This document shows, one piece after another, positions 37,161 to 47,248 of a DNA stretch of 64,000 bases; within the stretch, counting starts at the first letter, position 1, and every line of letters starts with the position of its first letter. Source of the stretch: Candidatus Hecatella orcuttiae (GTDB lineage: Archaea; Thermoproteota; Bathyarchaeia; Hecatellales; Hecatellaceae); NCBI GenBank assembly GCA_002011035.2, contig MTLY02000002.1, positions 96,001-160,000 of the forward strand. The letters run 5' to 3'. Both the position numbers and the translations under genes were made by a program. The notes below the pieces were generated by a model. It searched no databases and was not told the DNA's origin. It saw nothing but the letters and a program-made list of their open reading frames with translations.

Positions 37161-38409
37161 GCGGAGGCTGCACGGGGAGAAAAGCCTTCTTCACGAACTG
37201 GAAAGCCTAGCTGAAGCTGCCGGCCATCAAGTTTTAGGCAGGCTGGAACAGGTTAGGGGGCTGGACTCCCGTTTTCAGATAGGCCGTGGGAAGGCTGAAG
37301 AGCTGGCTAGAATGGTCAAAGAGCTGGGCGCTGAGAGGGTGGTTTTTGAAAACGAACTGAAACCTGTTCAGGCTTATAATTTGGCCAAGCTGACAGGCGT
37401 GGAGGTTGTGAGCAAGTTTCAGCTTATTCTGGAAGTCTTCACCCAGCATGCCTCCACCAGGGAGGCTAATCTCCAAATAGAGCTGGCCCGCCTCCGATAT
37501 GAGTTGGCTAGAGCTAAGGAAAAAGTCAGACTGGCTAAGAAAGGCGAGCAGCCGGGTTTCCACGGCTTGGGAAAGTACGAGGTTAACGTCTATTACGACG
37601 CCATCAGAAGACGGGTTTCCCGCATAGAGGCTGAGCTTAGGAAAATCAGAAAGGAAAGAACCTTCAAAAGACTGCGGAGGGAAGTCTTAGGCTTTCCCAC
37701 CGTCTCCCTCAGCGGCTACACCGCTGCGGGTAAAAGCACCCTGTTTAATGCTCTGGCCGGGGGAAAAGAGAAAGTCACAGGCAGCCTCTTCACAACCCTG
37801 TCCCCGAAGATTTCCTCTGTAAGTTTTAGGGGCAAGAAAGCCATGCTGGTGGACACCGTAGGCTTCATCGACCGCCTGCCTCTGACCCTCATCGAAGCCT
37901 TCAAGTCGACGTTGGAGGAAACTGTGTTCTCCAGCCTCATCATCTTGGTGGTAGACTGCAGTGAAAGCGTTGAGGAGGTGAGAAGGAAGCTGAAATGCTG
38001 CTTGGATACTCTCCGAGAAATCGGCGCAGCCTCCACACCCATGATCGTGGCCCTTAACAAAGCCGACTTGGTCGGGGAAGCTGAGGCTAGAAACATGGTG
38101 GAACATCTCAGGGATTTGGCGCCCAACCCCCTCCTCATAAGCGCCCTCTACGGTTGGAATTTGGAGGAGCTGAAGGAAGCTGTCAGCGATCATCTTAGAA
38201 ACTTTCTCAAAGCATCTTTCGAGCTTCCTCTGAACTCCGCCTCCCTCTCTCTCATATCCAACATCCGAAGATTCTCCACGGTCCTTAACCAAGACTTTCA
38301 GGGGAAAACAATTCTGCTGGAAGTAGAGTCAGCCGATTATTTGATGGACAAGATAAAGGGCCGTGTGGAAAATATCGGAGGCAAGATGCTCGAGGCCGTT
38401 AAGGTCTGA
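37132..38409 (+). CDS. hflX: GTPase HflX
   Basis: GRGKAEE, LQIELARL.Y, GYTAAGKSTLFN, DTVGFI, NKAD. Confidence 0.94.
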   Translation: MAGQRLILVERRLHGEKSLLHELESLAEAAGHQVLGRLEQVRGLDSRFQIGRGKAEELARMVKELGAERVVFENELKPVQAYNLAKLTGVEVVSKFQLILEVFTQHASTREANLQIELARLRYELARAKEKVRLAKKGEQPGFHGLGKYEVNVYYDAIRRRVSRIEAELRKIRKERTFKRLRREVLGFPTVSLSGYTAAGKSTLFNALAGGKEKVTGSLFTTLSPKISSVSFRGKKAMLVDTVGFIDRLPLTLIEAFKSTLEETVFSSLIILVVDCSESVEEVRRKLKCCLDTLREIGAASTPMIVALNKADLVGEAEARNMVEHLRDLAPNPLLISALYGWNLEELKEAVSDHLRNFLKASFELPLNSASLSLISNIRRFSTVLNQDFQGKTILLEVESADYLMDKIKGRVENIGGKMLEAVKV

Positions 38410-38968
38410 TTTTAACGATTTTCTTGCCGCGGTGTTGAGGGATTATCCTAAGCTCACCGCCCTCAAATTGTTTCTCCAATTCTTTTCCCTCAAAATACCT
38501 GTCCAAGAACACGGCTAGACTGGAGATTTCTGAGTGGGGCTGATTTCCCACGGCAACGTTGAAATCTGAAATTTTCTCTGAGAAAAAGGAAACTGGAACC
38601 TTCTGAGATCCTACTATGACCATGATAGGCTTTCCGCGGGCTTTTATTTCGCCGAGAACCTCAGGGGTGAGGTTTCTCCCGTAGACGGTCAGATGGACCA
38701 CGAGGCCACCCTGGGCTCTCCAGTCTTCCACAGCCTTCTTCCAAGGAGTTCCCATTTCGATGAAGAAGGGGCCTCCCCACCGTTTGACTATTTTATCCAC
38801 GGACTTTCGAATGTTCTCATCTTGAACGTCGCTTACGATGATTCCTTCAGCGCCTAGGGCTCTCGCTGTCAATGCCACATGGGTTGTAACCCTGTAGTCT
38901 CGAGGTCTGTGCCCCCACCGTAAAACCACTATTTTAGGGGGAGGCTGAGTCTGCGGAGGCTCCATCAC
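38399..38968 (-). CDS. trm56: tRNA (cytidine-56)-2'-O-methyltransferase
   Basis: RDYRVTTHVALTARA, VHLTVYG, GSQKVP, NQPHSE. Confidence 0.93.
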   Translation of the reverse strand: MMEPPQTQPPPKIVVLRWGHRPRDYRVTTHVALTARALGAEGIIVSDVQDENIRKSVDKIVKRWGGPFFIEMGTPWKKAVEDWRAQGGLVVHLTVYGRNLTPEVLGEIKARGKPIMVIVGSQKVPVSFFSEKISDFNVAVGNQPHSEISSLAVFLDRYFEGKELEKQFEGGELRIIPQHRGKKIVKIRP

Positions 38969-39158
38969 TTACGGCCTCGCTTGGAGTGTTGTTTTTTGTT
39001 TCTGAGAATTAGTTAGAGTTAAATGTTCTAAAAGTCTATCTTTCTATTGATATTCAGACGCGTGTTTAAGTCTTTGCTTGGAAAAGCCTTGGAGCTGACA
39101 TAGGCTGTGGACGTGTTCGCCTCCATCTCTATTCCCGCCCTTCCGAGCGTGGCATCCT

Positions 39159-39662
39159 ATGAGCGAGTCTAGGCTTTTCGAAGTGATCTTCAAGCTGGGA
39201 GGGGAAGAAGCTGTCAAGATAGCTCGGCAGTTGAAGAAGATGGGGCGGGCGACGGAGGACGACATAACCAAGGCGACGGGGGTCAACCTCAACGAGGTTA
39301 GGAAGATCCTTTTCAAGCTGCGGAGTTTCTCCCTTGTCTCCTCGGAAAGCGTTCAGGACAAGAACAGTGGGTGGCTGATATACTACTGGATGCTTCAACC
39401 TGACCGTCTGGAGAGTCTAATCCGAAGCCAGAAGAAGAGAGTTCTGGAAAAGTTGGAGGAAAAACTCGCCTACGAAAAAAGCCATGACTTTTACCGTTGC
39501 GTTAATGGCCCTTGCGGAAAGATTGCCTTCGAAGAGGCTGTGGAGTCCTTTTTCCGTTGCCCCAAATGCGGGGGACCTCTTGAACATTTCGACAACACAG
39601 CCGTCCTTGAGGTTCTGGAAAGAGAAATCAGGAAGCTGAAAGAGGAGATGGAACGTGAATAA
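39159..39662 (+). CDS. tfe: Transcription factor E alpha
   Basis: wHTH NEVRKILFKL, GWLIYYW, FRCPKCG. Confidence 0.92.
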   Translation: MSESRLFEVIFKLGGEEAVKIARQLKKMGRATEDDITKATGVNLNEVRKILFKLRSFSLVSSESVQDKNSGWLIYYWMLQPDRLESLIRSQKKRVLEKLEEKLAYEKSHDFYRCVNGPCGKIAFEEAVESFFRCPKCGGPLEHFDNTAVLEVLEREIRKLKEEMERE

Positions 39663-40212
39663 TCTTCCCGGCAGGAAGGAAGCGGAGGCTATTCTGAAAA
39701 AGGTGGGATGCTCTGAAGAGGTCATAAACCATGCAAGGGCAGTGACCAAGTTAGCGCTGAAGCTGGCTGAAACGCTTCGCAGTAGGGGGTTGGAGGTGAA
39801 TTTGAAGCTGGTGGAGGCAGGTGGGCTTCTCCACGACTTGGGAAGATGCAGAACCCACGGTGTGAAACACGGCTTCATAGGAGGGGAGATCTCTCGGACG
39901 CTGGGTCTACCTCAGCCTCTCGTGAACATCGTGGAAAGACACGTGGGCGCAGGCATTCCAGCTGAAGAAGCTGCGGAGCTGGGTCTCCCAGCTCGGGACT
40001 TCATCCCCCAGACTTGGGAGGAGAAAATCATCGCCTACGCTGACAAGTTGGTGATGAGAAATAAGGTCATAGATTTCGAAGAAGCCTTAAAGGAGCTGTC
40101 CCGAAGCCTAGGGGAGAACCATCCCGCCTTGGGGAGGTTTCGAAAACTTCACAGGGAAATCTCTGAAAATTTAAACCAAGCTCTCTCATCTAAAAGAAAG
40201 GAAAAGTCTTGA
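39655..40212 (+). CDS. HD-domain protein (TIGR00295-like)
   Basis: VINH, LLHDLGR, ERHVGAG, EEKIIAYADK. Confidence 0.88.
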   Translation: MNNLPGRKEAEAILKKVGCSEEVINHARAVTKLALKLAETLRSRGLEVNLKLVEAGGLLHDLGRCRTHGVKHGFIGGEISRTLGLPQPLVNIVERHVGAGIPAEEAAELGLPARDFIPQTWEEKIIAYADKLVMRNKVIDFEEALKELSRSLGENHPALGRFRKLHREISENLNQALSSKRKEKS

Positions 40213-40221
40213 GGCTCCCGG

Positions 40222-40297
40222 GGGCCGGTGGTCTAGCGGCTATGATATCGCCTTTACGAGGCGATGGTCGCAGGTTCGAATCCTGCCCGGCCCACCA
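40222..40297 (+). tRNA. tRNA-Val(TAC)
   Basis: GGGCCGG/CCGGCCC acceptor, TCGCC-TTTACGA-GGCGA arm, TTCGAAT, CCA. Confidence 0.96.
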
Positions 40298-40364
40298 TAA
40301 AATTAACAGGACAACAGGGTGGGAGCCTGAATTCTGCTCGCTGGGCACGCTTCTGGGCTTCAAC

Positions 40365-41048
40365 CTATTTCAGTACCTCGCCGGTTTTCACATACCAGAG
40401 ATAAAGATCCAGCTGCCCCACCGGCATACCTACTCTTTCAGCCACTTTTTTCAGCCTCTTTTCCAGTTCTAGGTAGGTTTTCGCTGTTAGGGTTTTAGGC
40501 GTACCTTCCGTTAGGCCGTATTGCTCCATAAGTCTCCGAATATGTCTGTCCAAGATTGCCAAGTCTAGGTAGCCTAGGTTTCGGAGGAAGTGGCTTGCTT
40601 CCTTGAAGCCTAAGCCTTGAACATTTCTCGCCAGCCACGCCCTAGCCTCAGCTGAGCTGGAAAACCGGGAGAGGATGGCTCCTATGTTCTTGAACCTTCT
40701 GGCTTTTATGATGAACTCCGCTCTTTTATTGTAGTATCTGTGGCCTAGCCTCTTCAGCCTCTCAGCCAAATCCCCCTCAGGAAGCCTTAGAAAGTCTTCG
40801 CCTAACACCTGCTGTATTTTCATCCCCAGCCTCGCTGAGGAGTTAGCGGTGAGTATGCAGAAGCAGAGCTCAGAAAACTTTTCACCGTCGCCGCATTCCT
40901 TCAACCTCTGAAACGTTCTTATCCTCGCATCAACCACGTTTCTGACGGGAAGCTTCTTCAGCCTATCTATCTCAGCCACCAAGTCTTCGACGTTCTGCTT
41001 TTTTAAGGCTGAAGAAGCCAAGGCCTGCAGCCGCTCGCGTATGTTCAT
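40365..41048 (-). CDS. ogg: 8-oxoguanine DNA glycosylase/AP lyase
   Basis: ELCFCILTANSSA, GLGFKEASHFLRN, ILDRH, LDLYLW. Confidence 0.93.
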   Translation of the reverse strand: MNIRERLQALASSALKKQNVEDLVAEIDRLKKLPVRNVVDARIRTFQRLKECGDGEKFSELCFCILTANSSARLGMKIQQVLGEDFLRLPEGDLAERLKRLGHRYYNKRAEFIIKARRFKNIGAILSRFSSSAEARAWLARNVQGLGFKEASHFLRNLGYLDLAILDRHIRRLMEQYGLTEGTPKTLTAKTYLELEKRLKKVAERVGMPVGQLDLYLWYVKTGEVLK

Positions 41049-42367
41049 GGGGTAAGTCTATCTCGGTCCCGGGGGAAGAGGATGCATTCCCTGACGTTTT
41101 CTTTTCCCGTGAGAACCATCAGCAGCCTGCCAAGCCCCAACCCCCAGCCAGCATGGGGAGGCATGCCGTAGTCGAAGACTTTCAGGTGGTGTTCAAAGCT
41201 TTCAGGGTTTAACCCTTGCTGACGAAGCCGTTCCACCAAGAGGTTTTTATCATGGATCCGAGTGCCGCCTGAGGCCAGCTCAATCCAGCTGTACATGAAG
41301 TCGAAGCCTTCGCAGATTTCAGGCTTGTCATCCCTAGGTTTGATGTAGAAAGCCTTAGCCTCGGTAGGCCAGTCTGTGATGAAGTAGTAGGTGTGCGGGT
41401 TGAGGTCGCCTAACATCCGGAGGGCTGGAGTAGGCAGGTCTTCACCCCAGGAAACGTGGAAGTCTCTTTCCTTCAAAAGCTCCAACACCTCATCGTAGGT
41501 GTACCGGGGGAAGGGAACGCTTGGAATCTGAAGCTGCCTGTTCAACAGCTTCAACTCTTCCCCGCATTTATCCATCACATGCTTGACCACGTAAACCGTA
41601 AGCTCTTCGAGGGTTTTCATGACGTCATCCCCGTTGGCGAAGGCTTGCTCGATGTCGACGGAAATGAACTCCGCGGTATGCCTCACCGTCCGAGATTCTT
41701 CAGCCCTGAAATAGGCGGCTATTTCGTATACCTTCTCCATGACGGAGGTCAGCTGTTCCTTATAGAGCTGGGGGCTTTGAGCTAGGAAGGCTTCCCTGTC
41801 AAAGTAAACCACGGGAAAGAGGGAGGCGCCTCCCTCGGTGGCGGTGGCGATAATCTTCGGAGTCTGAACTTCGATGAAACCTTTTCCATCTAAAAACTCC
41901 CTTATAGCCTTGATGACGTGATGGTTTATCTTGAAGACCGCTAAATTTTCCGCCCTGCGAAGGTCGAGAATTCGGGCGTTAAGCCTCACATCCAAGTCAG
42001 CGGGAACCCTCCCCGTGGGGTCTAAGGCCAGCGGATGCCTAGCCGAGTTGAGTATCTTCAACTCCTCCGGGATGATCTCCACGCCCTGTTGGGCTTTCTC
42101 ACTGGCCCTGACGGTTCCCTTCACTCCGACAACGTACTGTTTCCCAAGCCGCTCTATTTTCTCGGATATTTCAGGCTTCACTTCCTTGAGGGGAACGGTG
42201 ACCTGAACAGTTCCCTCCCTGTCAGTCAGGAGGATAAATTTTATTCCCCCTAAGTTTCTCAGACTCTGAACCCAGCCGAACACCACCACCTTCTGCCCAT
42301 CCAGTTCGGGGGTTATTTCAGATGAGTAGTGAGTTCGACGCCAGTCTCCCAGTTTATCCACGGACAC
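41045..42367 (-). CDS. aspS: Aspartyl-tRNA synthetase (archaeal type)
   Basis: OB fold, ATEGGA, LAQSPQLYK, FRAE, GMPPHAGWGLG, FPRD. Confidence 0.95.
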   Translation of the reverse strand: MSVDKLGDWRRTHYSSEITPELDGQKVVVFGWVQSLRNLGGIKFILLTDREGTVQVTVPLKEVKPEISEKIERLGKQYVVGVKGTVRASEKAQQGVEIIPEELKILNSARHPLALDPTGRVPADLDVRLNARILDLRRAENLAVFKINHHVIKAIREFLDGKGFIEVQTPKIIATATEGGASLFPVVYFDREAFLAQSPQLYKEQLTSVMEKVYEIAAYFRAEESRTVRHTAEFISVDIEQAFANGDDVMKTLEELTVYVVKHVMDKCGEELKLLNRQLQIPSVPFPRYTYDEVLELLKERDFHVSWGEDLPTPALRMLGDLNPHTYYFITDWPTEAKAFYIKPRDDKPEICEGFDFMYSWIELASGGTRIHDKNLLVERLRQQGLNPESFEHHLKVFDYGMPPHAGWGLGLGRLLMVLTGKENVRECILFPRDRDRLTP

Positions 42368-42536
42368 AGCAGTCCGCCCTGCCTCTCACTTAGCTACAGT
42401 TCTCCTCCAATTTATCTTTAGCACTCCCCTAAAAATCGAGCCTCCCTAAAGCTTCCCAGCGGCTGGGGGATAATTTTTAATTGAACGGTGTGGAGGTGAA
42501 TAAGGGCTTCTCCAGGAGGGTGTTGCCGCCATAGAC

Positions 42537-43376
42537 ATGCCGGTTTTGACTGTTGAAGCTGAGACGGTGGGTGAAGCTTGGGAAAAAGCCGTGCTCAGCG
42601 TTTGGAAGCAGGGAATAAAGAAAATGACCCAGTATAAGATGGCCAAGAAAGGCAGAATGGTCAACATGCTCAGCAAAGCAGCCACAGCCCTCATAGTCGT
42701 GGACATCCCCCTCAAGGAGCCTCGACTTCACGCCGGAGACGCTGTGGGGCAGCAAGCTATCATCGGAGGCTACCTGGACGAAATCATAGAAGGAACCAAG
42801 GATTTTTATGTGGAAGAGGGAAAATGGCACTACACCTACCATCAAAGACTGATGAACTACAAGCCGCCTGCGCTTCCGCCTATCGACCAGATGGACAGAA
42901 TTTTGAAAGGCCTCATGGAAGGAGACCTGTTTTCTAGGAGACTTCAGGCTGTCACATGGCAGGCTTGGGTAGATGGAGAATCAGCCAATCCTCCCTGCCT
43001 TCAAAGACTATGGATAACCGTGCCCACAGCAGACTCTGAGAAAAAGCCGGGCAGAAGGTACAGGGTGAACCTTCAAAGTTGCTGGCGTTCTAGAGACCTC
43101 TTTGACGCTTGGTCGGCCAACGTCAACGCCTTGATCGAACTCTGCCGGCGTAAAATCGTGGAGCCCCTTAACGAAGCCTTTCAAAACAGGCGCATAAAAT
43201 TTGAAGTAGGCCGTTATGTGGACTTCTCCAACGACCTACACATTTACGAAAAGGATTTCAAAGAGGTGGAAAAGTTCCTCAAAACCTTGAAGAAAAAGAA
43301 GACTCTGGGGGAAAGGCCTGAAAAAAGGAGGAAAGGCGTTTCCTTCGACGTACTCGTTAGGCTGGGAAAAAGATGA
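42537..43376 (+). CDS. Archaeal thymidylate synthase (ThyA)-like protein
   Basis: YTYHQRL, SRRLQAVTW, PPCLQ, RSRD, AN, HIYE. Confidence 0.82.
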   Translation: MPVLTVEAETVGEAWEKAVLSVWKQGIKKMTQYKMAKKGRMVNMLSKAATALIVVDIPLKEPRLHAGDAVGQQAIIGGYLDEIIEGTKDFYVEEGKWHYTYHQRLMNYKPPALPPIDQMDRILKGLMEGDLFSRRLQAVTWQAWVDGESANPPCLQRLWITVPTADSEKKPGRRYRVNLQSCWRSRDLFDAWSANVNALIELCRRKIVEPLNEAFQNRRIKFEVGRYVDFSNDLHIYEKDFKEVEKFLKTLKKKKTLGERPEKRRKGVSFDVLVRLGKR

Positions 43377-43377
43377 C

Positions 43378-43911
43378 CTAACTCGGCCAAGTTAAAACTT
43401 GGCCTTCAACCTCCACTCTCAGGCTTATGTTCATGATTTTCTTGGCCAACTCTTTCAGCAGCTCAACATTAGTAGGCAGCTTTCTGGCGTCCCTTTTCGG
43501 AATGACCACCTTGGTTTCAATGGAGCCGTCGGGAAGCCAAAGAGTGTTGATAGCTAAAACCGTTGCAGGCGCAAAGAGCTCTTCCAAGAAACGCCTAGGC
43601 TCTTCGTTGTAGGGCAAGATCCTCACCCTCTTTTTCCCAGTTCGCTCTGAGAGCTCTTTGAGAAACCTTCCTCCGTAGCTGAGAAGACGGTTTACGTCCT
43701 CCTTTTTAACCAGCACTATCAAGGTATTACCTGCTTCCATAGAGCCGTGAAAATACGTGTCCTGAAGAGCTGGATACTTGGCTTCCATGCCTAGGAGGAT
43801 TTTAGCGACTTTTAAATCTGATTCAGAAATCTCCCCGGATTTCACCTTCTCCTCACATTTAGAGCAGAGTATTCCACTTTTCAGATCCACAGTGCAGATC
43901 TTTGAAAGCAA
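43378..43911 (-). CDS. NusA-like KH-domain protein
   Basis: ICTVDLKSGILCSKC, INTLWLPDGS. Confidence 0.8.
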   Translation of the reverse strand: MLSKICTVDLKSGILCSKCEEKVKSGEISESDLKVAKILLGMEAKYPALQDTYFHGSMEAGNTLIVLVKKEDVNRLLSYGGRFLKELSERTGKKRVRILPYNEEPRRFLEELFAPATVLAINTLWLPDGSIETKVVIPKRDARKLPTNVELLKELAKKIMNISLRVEVEGQVLTWPS

Positions 43912-44034
43912 ACCTCAGACACATCCCCCGAGGGGACCACGGCAAACCCGGATGAATAATAGTTTTCTCCGACGTATATAAAACTGGGCTTACCGCTGCT
44001 CAGATAATCTGAAAAAGGCTTATTTCGCAGATTT

Positions 44035-44778
44035 TTACAGTTCCAGCTCCTGAAGATCCTGTGCGACAAAAACCTCGCCGCTGAACTCTTTGGCAGCTTG
44101 ACTTACCATTTCACTCTCCCGACCCCGGTTGAAAGGGAAGAGGTGGAAAAGGGCCAGTTTCTTCGCCTCAGCCAACTCAGCGATTCTCCCAGCCTGCCCG
44201 GCTGTGGAATGCTTAGTCATGAGGGCTATGTCCCTTTGCTCGTCGGAGAAGGCTGCATCATGAATTATCAAGTCGCATTTGTAGGCGAATTTTGCCAGAG
44301 GCTCATGGAAAGCCGTGTCCCCCGTGTAACATACGCTTCTGCCGTCCAGCTCCACCCGATACGCTAGGTTGGTAGGTTTGTGGTCGGTTTTGCACACTTT
44401 AACTTCACCCAAGTCCTCCGTTCCCTTCAGCGGCTTATAGACGAGGGGATAGGCGATGAATTCTTCTGGAGTGTTTGTAAGCTTAAGAAAACCTTCAGTC
44501 ATCTCTTTGACCCCTATGTGGCCTAGGACCTCTAAGGCTTTCTTTCTGTCCTCCATCTGCATGGCCCATATCAAAGCGACAAGATCGCAGACGTGGTCAG
44601 CGTGGAAGTGGGTTATCATCACCTTCTCCAGCTGCCCCAAAGTGAAGCCCATCAGCTTAAAGTTCTTCAGAGAGCCGCTTCCGCAGTCCATCAGAATGTT
44701 TCGGTTTAACAAAATACTCGGACAGCTGTTTTCCTTGGTTACGTAAGGGCCTCCGGAGCCTAGAAAGCTTACCTTCAA
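44035..44778 (-). CDS. RNase Z-like metallo-beta-lactamase hydrolase
   Basis: FLGSGG, DCGSG, THFHADH, YTGDT, HST, LFH. Confidence 0.88.
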   Translation of the reverse strand: MKVSFLGSGGPYVTKENSCPSILLNRNILMDCGSGSLKNFKLMGFTLGQLEKVMITHFHADHVCDLVALIWAMQMEDRKKALEVLGHIGVKEMTEGFLKLTNTPEEFIAYPLVYKPLKGTEDLGEVKVCKTDHKPTNLAYRVELDGRSVCYTGDTAFHEPLAKFAYKCDLIIHDAAFSDEQRDIALMTKHSTAGQAGRIAELAEAKKLALFHLFPFNRGRESEMVSQAAKEFSGEVFVAQDLQELEL

Positions 44779-44899
44779 AAAGGCACCCCGATTTTTCTTA
44801 AGTGAAATCCGACACTTATTTATGTGTTTAATGCCTCTTGGGCAGGAAAAAAGGGAGAAGGTGGATTTTTGACTGTTTAACGGCTGAGCATGTCTTCGA

Positions 44900-45175
44900 C
44901 TACTTCACCAGAGATATCTCTATGGTGCTTACGTTGGTCGGAACTCCGCCTTCTTCAGCTGTCAGCTGCTCAGTGCCTATTTTCACGTCTCCGATCTTCA
45001 CGTCGTGGAGAAAACGTCGGCGGACTATTTCAACCACGTCTACAGCTCTGCTTATGGCTCTGCCTCTGGCTTTTATAGAGACTTGGGGCTCTCCTGCTTG
45101 GAGGAGAGTTAGCGCAGCCAACACGTAGCTCATCACAGGTTTTTTGCCTACTAGTACATGGTTGCTCTTTGACAT
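44900..45175 (-). CDS. albA: DNA/RNA-binding protein Alba
   Basis: [32 protein letters not shown]. Confidence 0.95.
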   Translation of the reverse strand: MSKSNHVLVGKKPVMSYVLAALTLLQAGEPQVSIKARGRAISRAVDVVEIVRRRFLHDVKIGDVKIGTEQLTAEEGGVPTNVSTIEISLVK

Positions 45176-45363
45176 TTCCATTTCTCCGTCGCAGCTATCG
45201 ATGTCTTTCACATTTCAAAGAACAGAATAGGGATAAATACGTTACGGTCGGCGAGCTTTCTACGGTTTATTGCTTATAAACCGGGAAGGCGGGCAGCCTT
45301 TGTCGGGAAACCCATAACTTTTTTAATGTAAATCCCGCCAACAGTAATTGAGGGTATTAGGAA

Positions 45364-45831
45364 TTGCCTGAAACAACGGTGCTCACAGGTAAAACCCTGA
45401 AAATTCTTCGACTGCTCTTCGAAAGGGCGAAAATCTCATATTCCTACGTGGCGGAGGTGGACCAAAGCAAGCTCGCGGAAGAATTTAAATTGACCAGGCA
45501 GGCGTTGAACCTGCATCTGAGAAAGCTAAGGTCTCAGGGGCTGATCCGCACAGGCCGGGGCTTTGTGGAGATAACCAGCCGAGGCCTTACAACCTTAGGT
45601 TTGTCCAGCAACATAGCCTTGGTTTTCTTGAAAATATCCCCCCAAAGAAGGAGTGAAGCCTACAAGAAAATTGCATCTCTGCCTGTTTGGCAGGTGTTCA
45701 GGGTGGCTGGAGACATGGACTTGGTTTTTGTGGCGGAGGCCAGCCGTCTCGACGAAATTCTCCAATCAATAGCCCAGATTGAGGGAATTGAAAAAACTCA
45801 CTCTTTCATCACCCTTGAAGCCTTGAAGTAG
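45364..45831 (+). CDS. Lrp/AsnC-type transcriptional regulator
   Basis: HTH TRQALNLHLRKL, RTGRG wing, RAM domain VAGDMDL..IEGIEKT. Confidence 0.85.
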   Translation: MPETTVLTGKTLKILRLLFERAKISYSYVAEVDQSKLAEEFKLTRQALNLHLRKLRSQGLIRTGRGFVEITSRGLTTLGLSSNIALVFLKISPQRRSEAYKKIASLPVWQVFRVAGDMDLVFVAEASRLDEILQSIAQIEGIEKTHSFITLEALK

Positions 45832-45933
45832 CAGCCGGGCCCTCCAACCTAGAAAGCCTTAAAGGCAAGGTTTAAGTCGATAATATAGCTTCAACAAACC
45901 CGTCTAGATGGTGTACCCATAGGAGGCTGGCAG

Positions 45934-46101
45934 TTGCCTGTAACAGACTTTTTCAGCCGCACCCTAGCTCAAAGGCACCGTCTCTACTACAAAATCTGCC
46001 GCCGCTGCGGAGTAAAAAACTCTCCCGCAGCTTGGAAGTGCCGAAAATGCCGCAGCACCAACCTCAGATGGAAGAAGAGGGAACTGGGAGCCAAACAGTA
46101 A
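45934..46101 (+). CDS. rpl40e: 50S ribosomal protein L40e (not in the ORF track)
   Basis: MPVTD..KICRRCGVKN..KCRKCRSTNLRWKKRE; TTG start after GGAGG. Confidence 0.93.
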   Translation: MPVTDFFSRTLAQRHRLYYKICRRCGVKNSPAAWKCRKCRSTNLRWKKRELGAKQ

Positions 46102-46124
46102 CCGTGACTTTAGCCTAAGTTTTA

Positions 46125-46201
46125 GGGCCGGTGGTCTAGTTGGCTATGACGGCGCCCTCACGCGGCGCAGGTCGCAGGTTCGAGTCCTGCCCGGCCCACC
46201 A
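46125..46201 (+). tRNA. tRNA-Val(CAC)
   Basis: GCGCC-CTCACGC-GGCGC arm, TTCGAGT, CCA. Confidence 0.96.
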
Positions 46202-46249
46202 TGGAAATTGTTCCCCGGATGTTTCCCTGTTTCGCCTGGGTGTTAGGGG

Positions 46250-46678
46250 CTATTCTCCCACTATCTGAACTACGAGTTGCCGTGCTCTGCTGTGGATGTC
46301 CAGTTCGATGAAGACTATTTGCTGCCACGTCCCTAACGTCAGCTTTCTTTCGACGAAGGGGACAGCTAAGCTCGGGCCTACGAGCGACGCGCGGACGTGA
46401 GAATGCCCGTTACCGTCATGCCATCTTTTCTCATGTTCATAGGTGAGGTTTTTCGGTGCAATCCTCTCCAGCATGGCTGGGAAATCCTTCAGCAGCCCTG
46501 GTTCGTATTCTATAGTCGTTAGGCCTCCTGTGGAGCCGGGGACGAAGATTGTGGCTACTCCGTTTTCCAGCCTTGAAAGCTTCACAGCTTCAGCGACTTC
46601 GTCGGTTATGTTTATGATGTCCAGTTCGCCTTTGCTGCGGAGGTTGATGAGTTTGGTTACCACGGGCATGGCTGCCAC
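46250..46678 (-). CDS. YjbQ/UPF0047 family protein
   Basis: TTIEYEPGL, DGNGHSHVRASL, LGTWQQI. Confidence 0.9.
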   Translation of the reverse strand: MAAMPVVTKLINLRSKGELDIINITDEVAEAVKLSRLENGVATIFVPGSTGGLTTIEYEPGLLKDFPAMLERIAPKNLTYEHEKRWHDGNGHSHVRASLVGPSLAVPFVERKLTLGTWQQIVFIELDIHSRARQLVVQIVGE

Positions 46679-46834
46679 CTCTCGAGTAAAGGGGTGGAAG
46701 CCTCCTCTTTAATTTTCACCAGGAGAATCTGAAATTATGCCGAAATGGGGTTCGATAATGGAGAATGTTGCAGCCACAGCCGGGGAGCCGTTGATTGAGA
46801 GGGGTAAGAAGCCTGTTTGATTCTTGTTTCTCGT

Positions 46835-47071
46835 CTATTTCCGTATAACTTTCTCGATTTTTCTTTTGATGTCTTCGCAGATCATGATTTCAAGGTCTTT
46901 TACGAGGTTTCCTCCTGCTTTGCTTCCTGTTCCCATGTAAAATCCGCATTTGATGCAAACCCAGTGGGCAAAGGTCTTCGCTGCCACCTGCCCGCCCCAG
47001 GTTCCGAGCGCTGAAAACGGGATGAGAACTCCGTCGCAGTTGGGGCATGGGGGATAAGAGCCTCTTTCCAC
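46835..47071 (-). CDS. Small zinc-ribbon protein
   Basis: CPNC..LIPFS..WVCIKCG; GGAGG before GTG. Confidence 0.7.
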   Translation of the reverse strand: MERGSYPPCPNCDGVLIPFSALGTWGGQVAAKTFAHWVCIKCGFYMGTGSKAGGNLVKDLEIMICEDIKRKIEKVIRK

Positions 47072-47248
47072 GCATTTTCCTCCTTACTTTGTTTAAGGAT
47101 TTCTGCAGATAAACGTTATATGCAGATCACTGCACTCATCCTTAACTGTTTAACTAAAGCGGTCGACAGTGGTTGACCGGATTCCCCAGTTTGATGCCGG
47201 GCAATGCAAAAACATATCTTCCCCTTCGTTGAAGACTAATTCAGCAAG

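Noticed and set aside
40209-40472. 87-aa ORF
   Set aside because: Overlaps tRNA-Val(TAC) and the end of ogg
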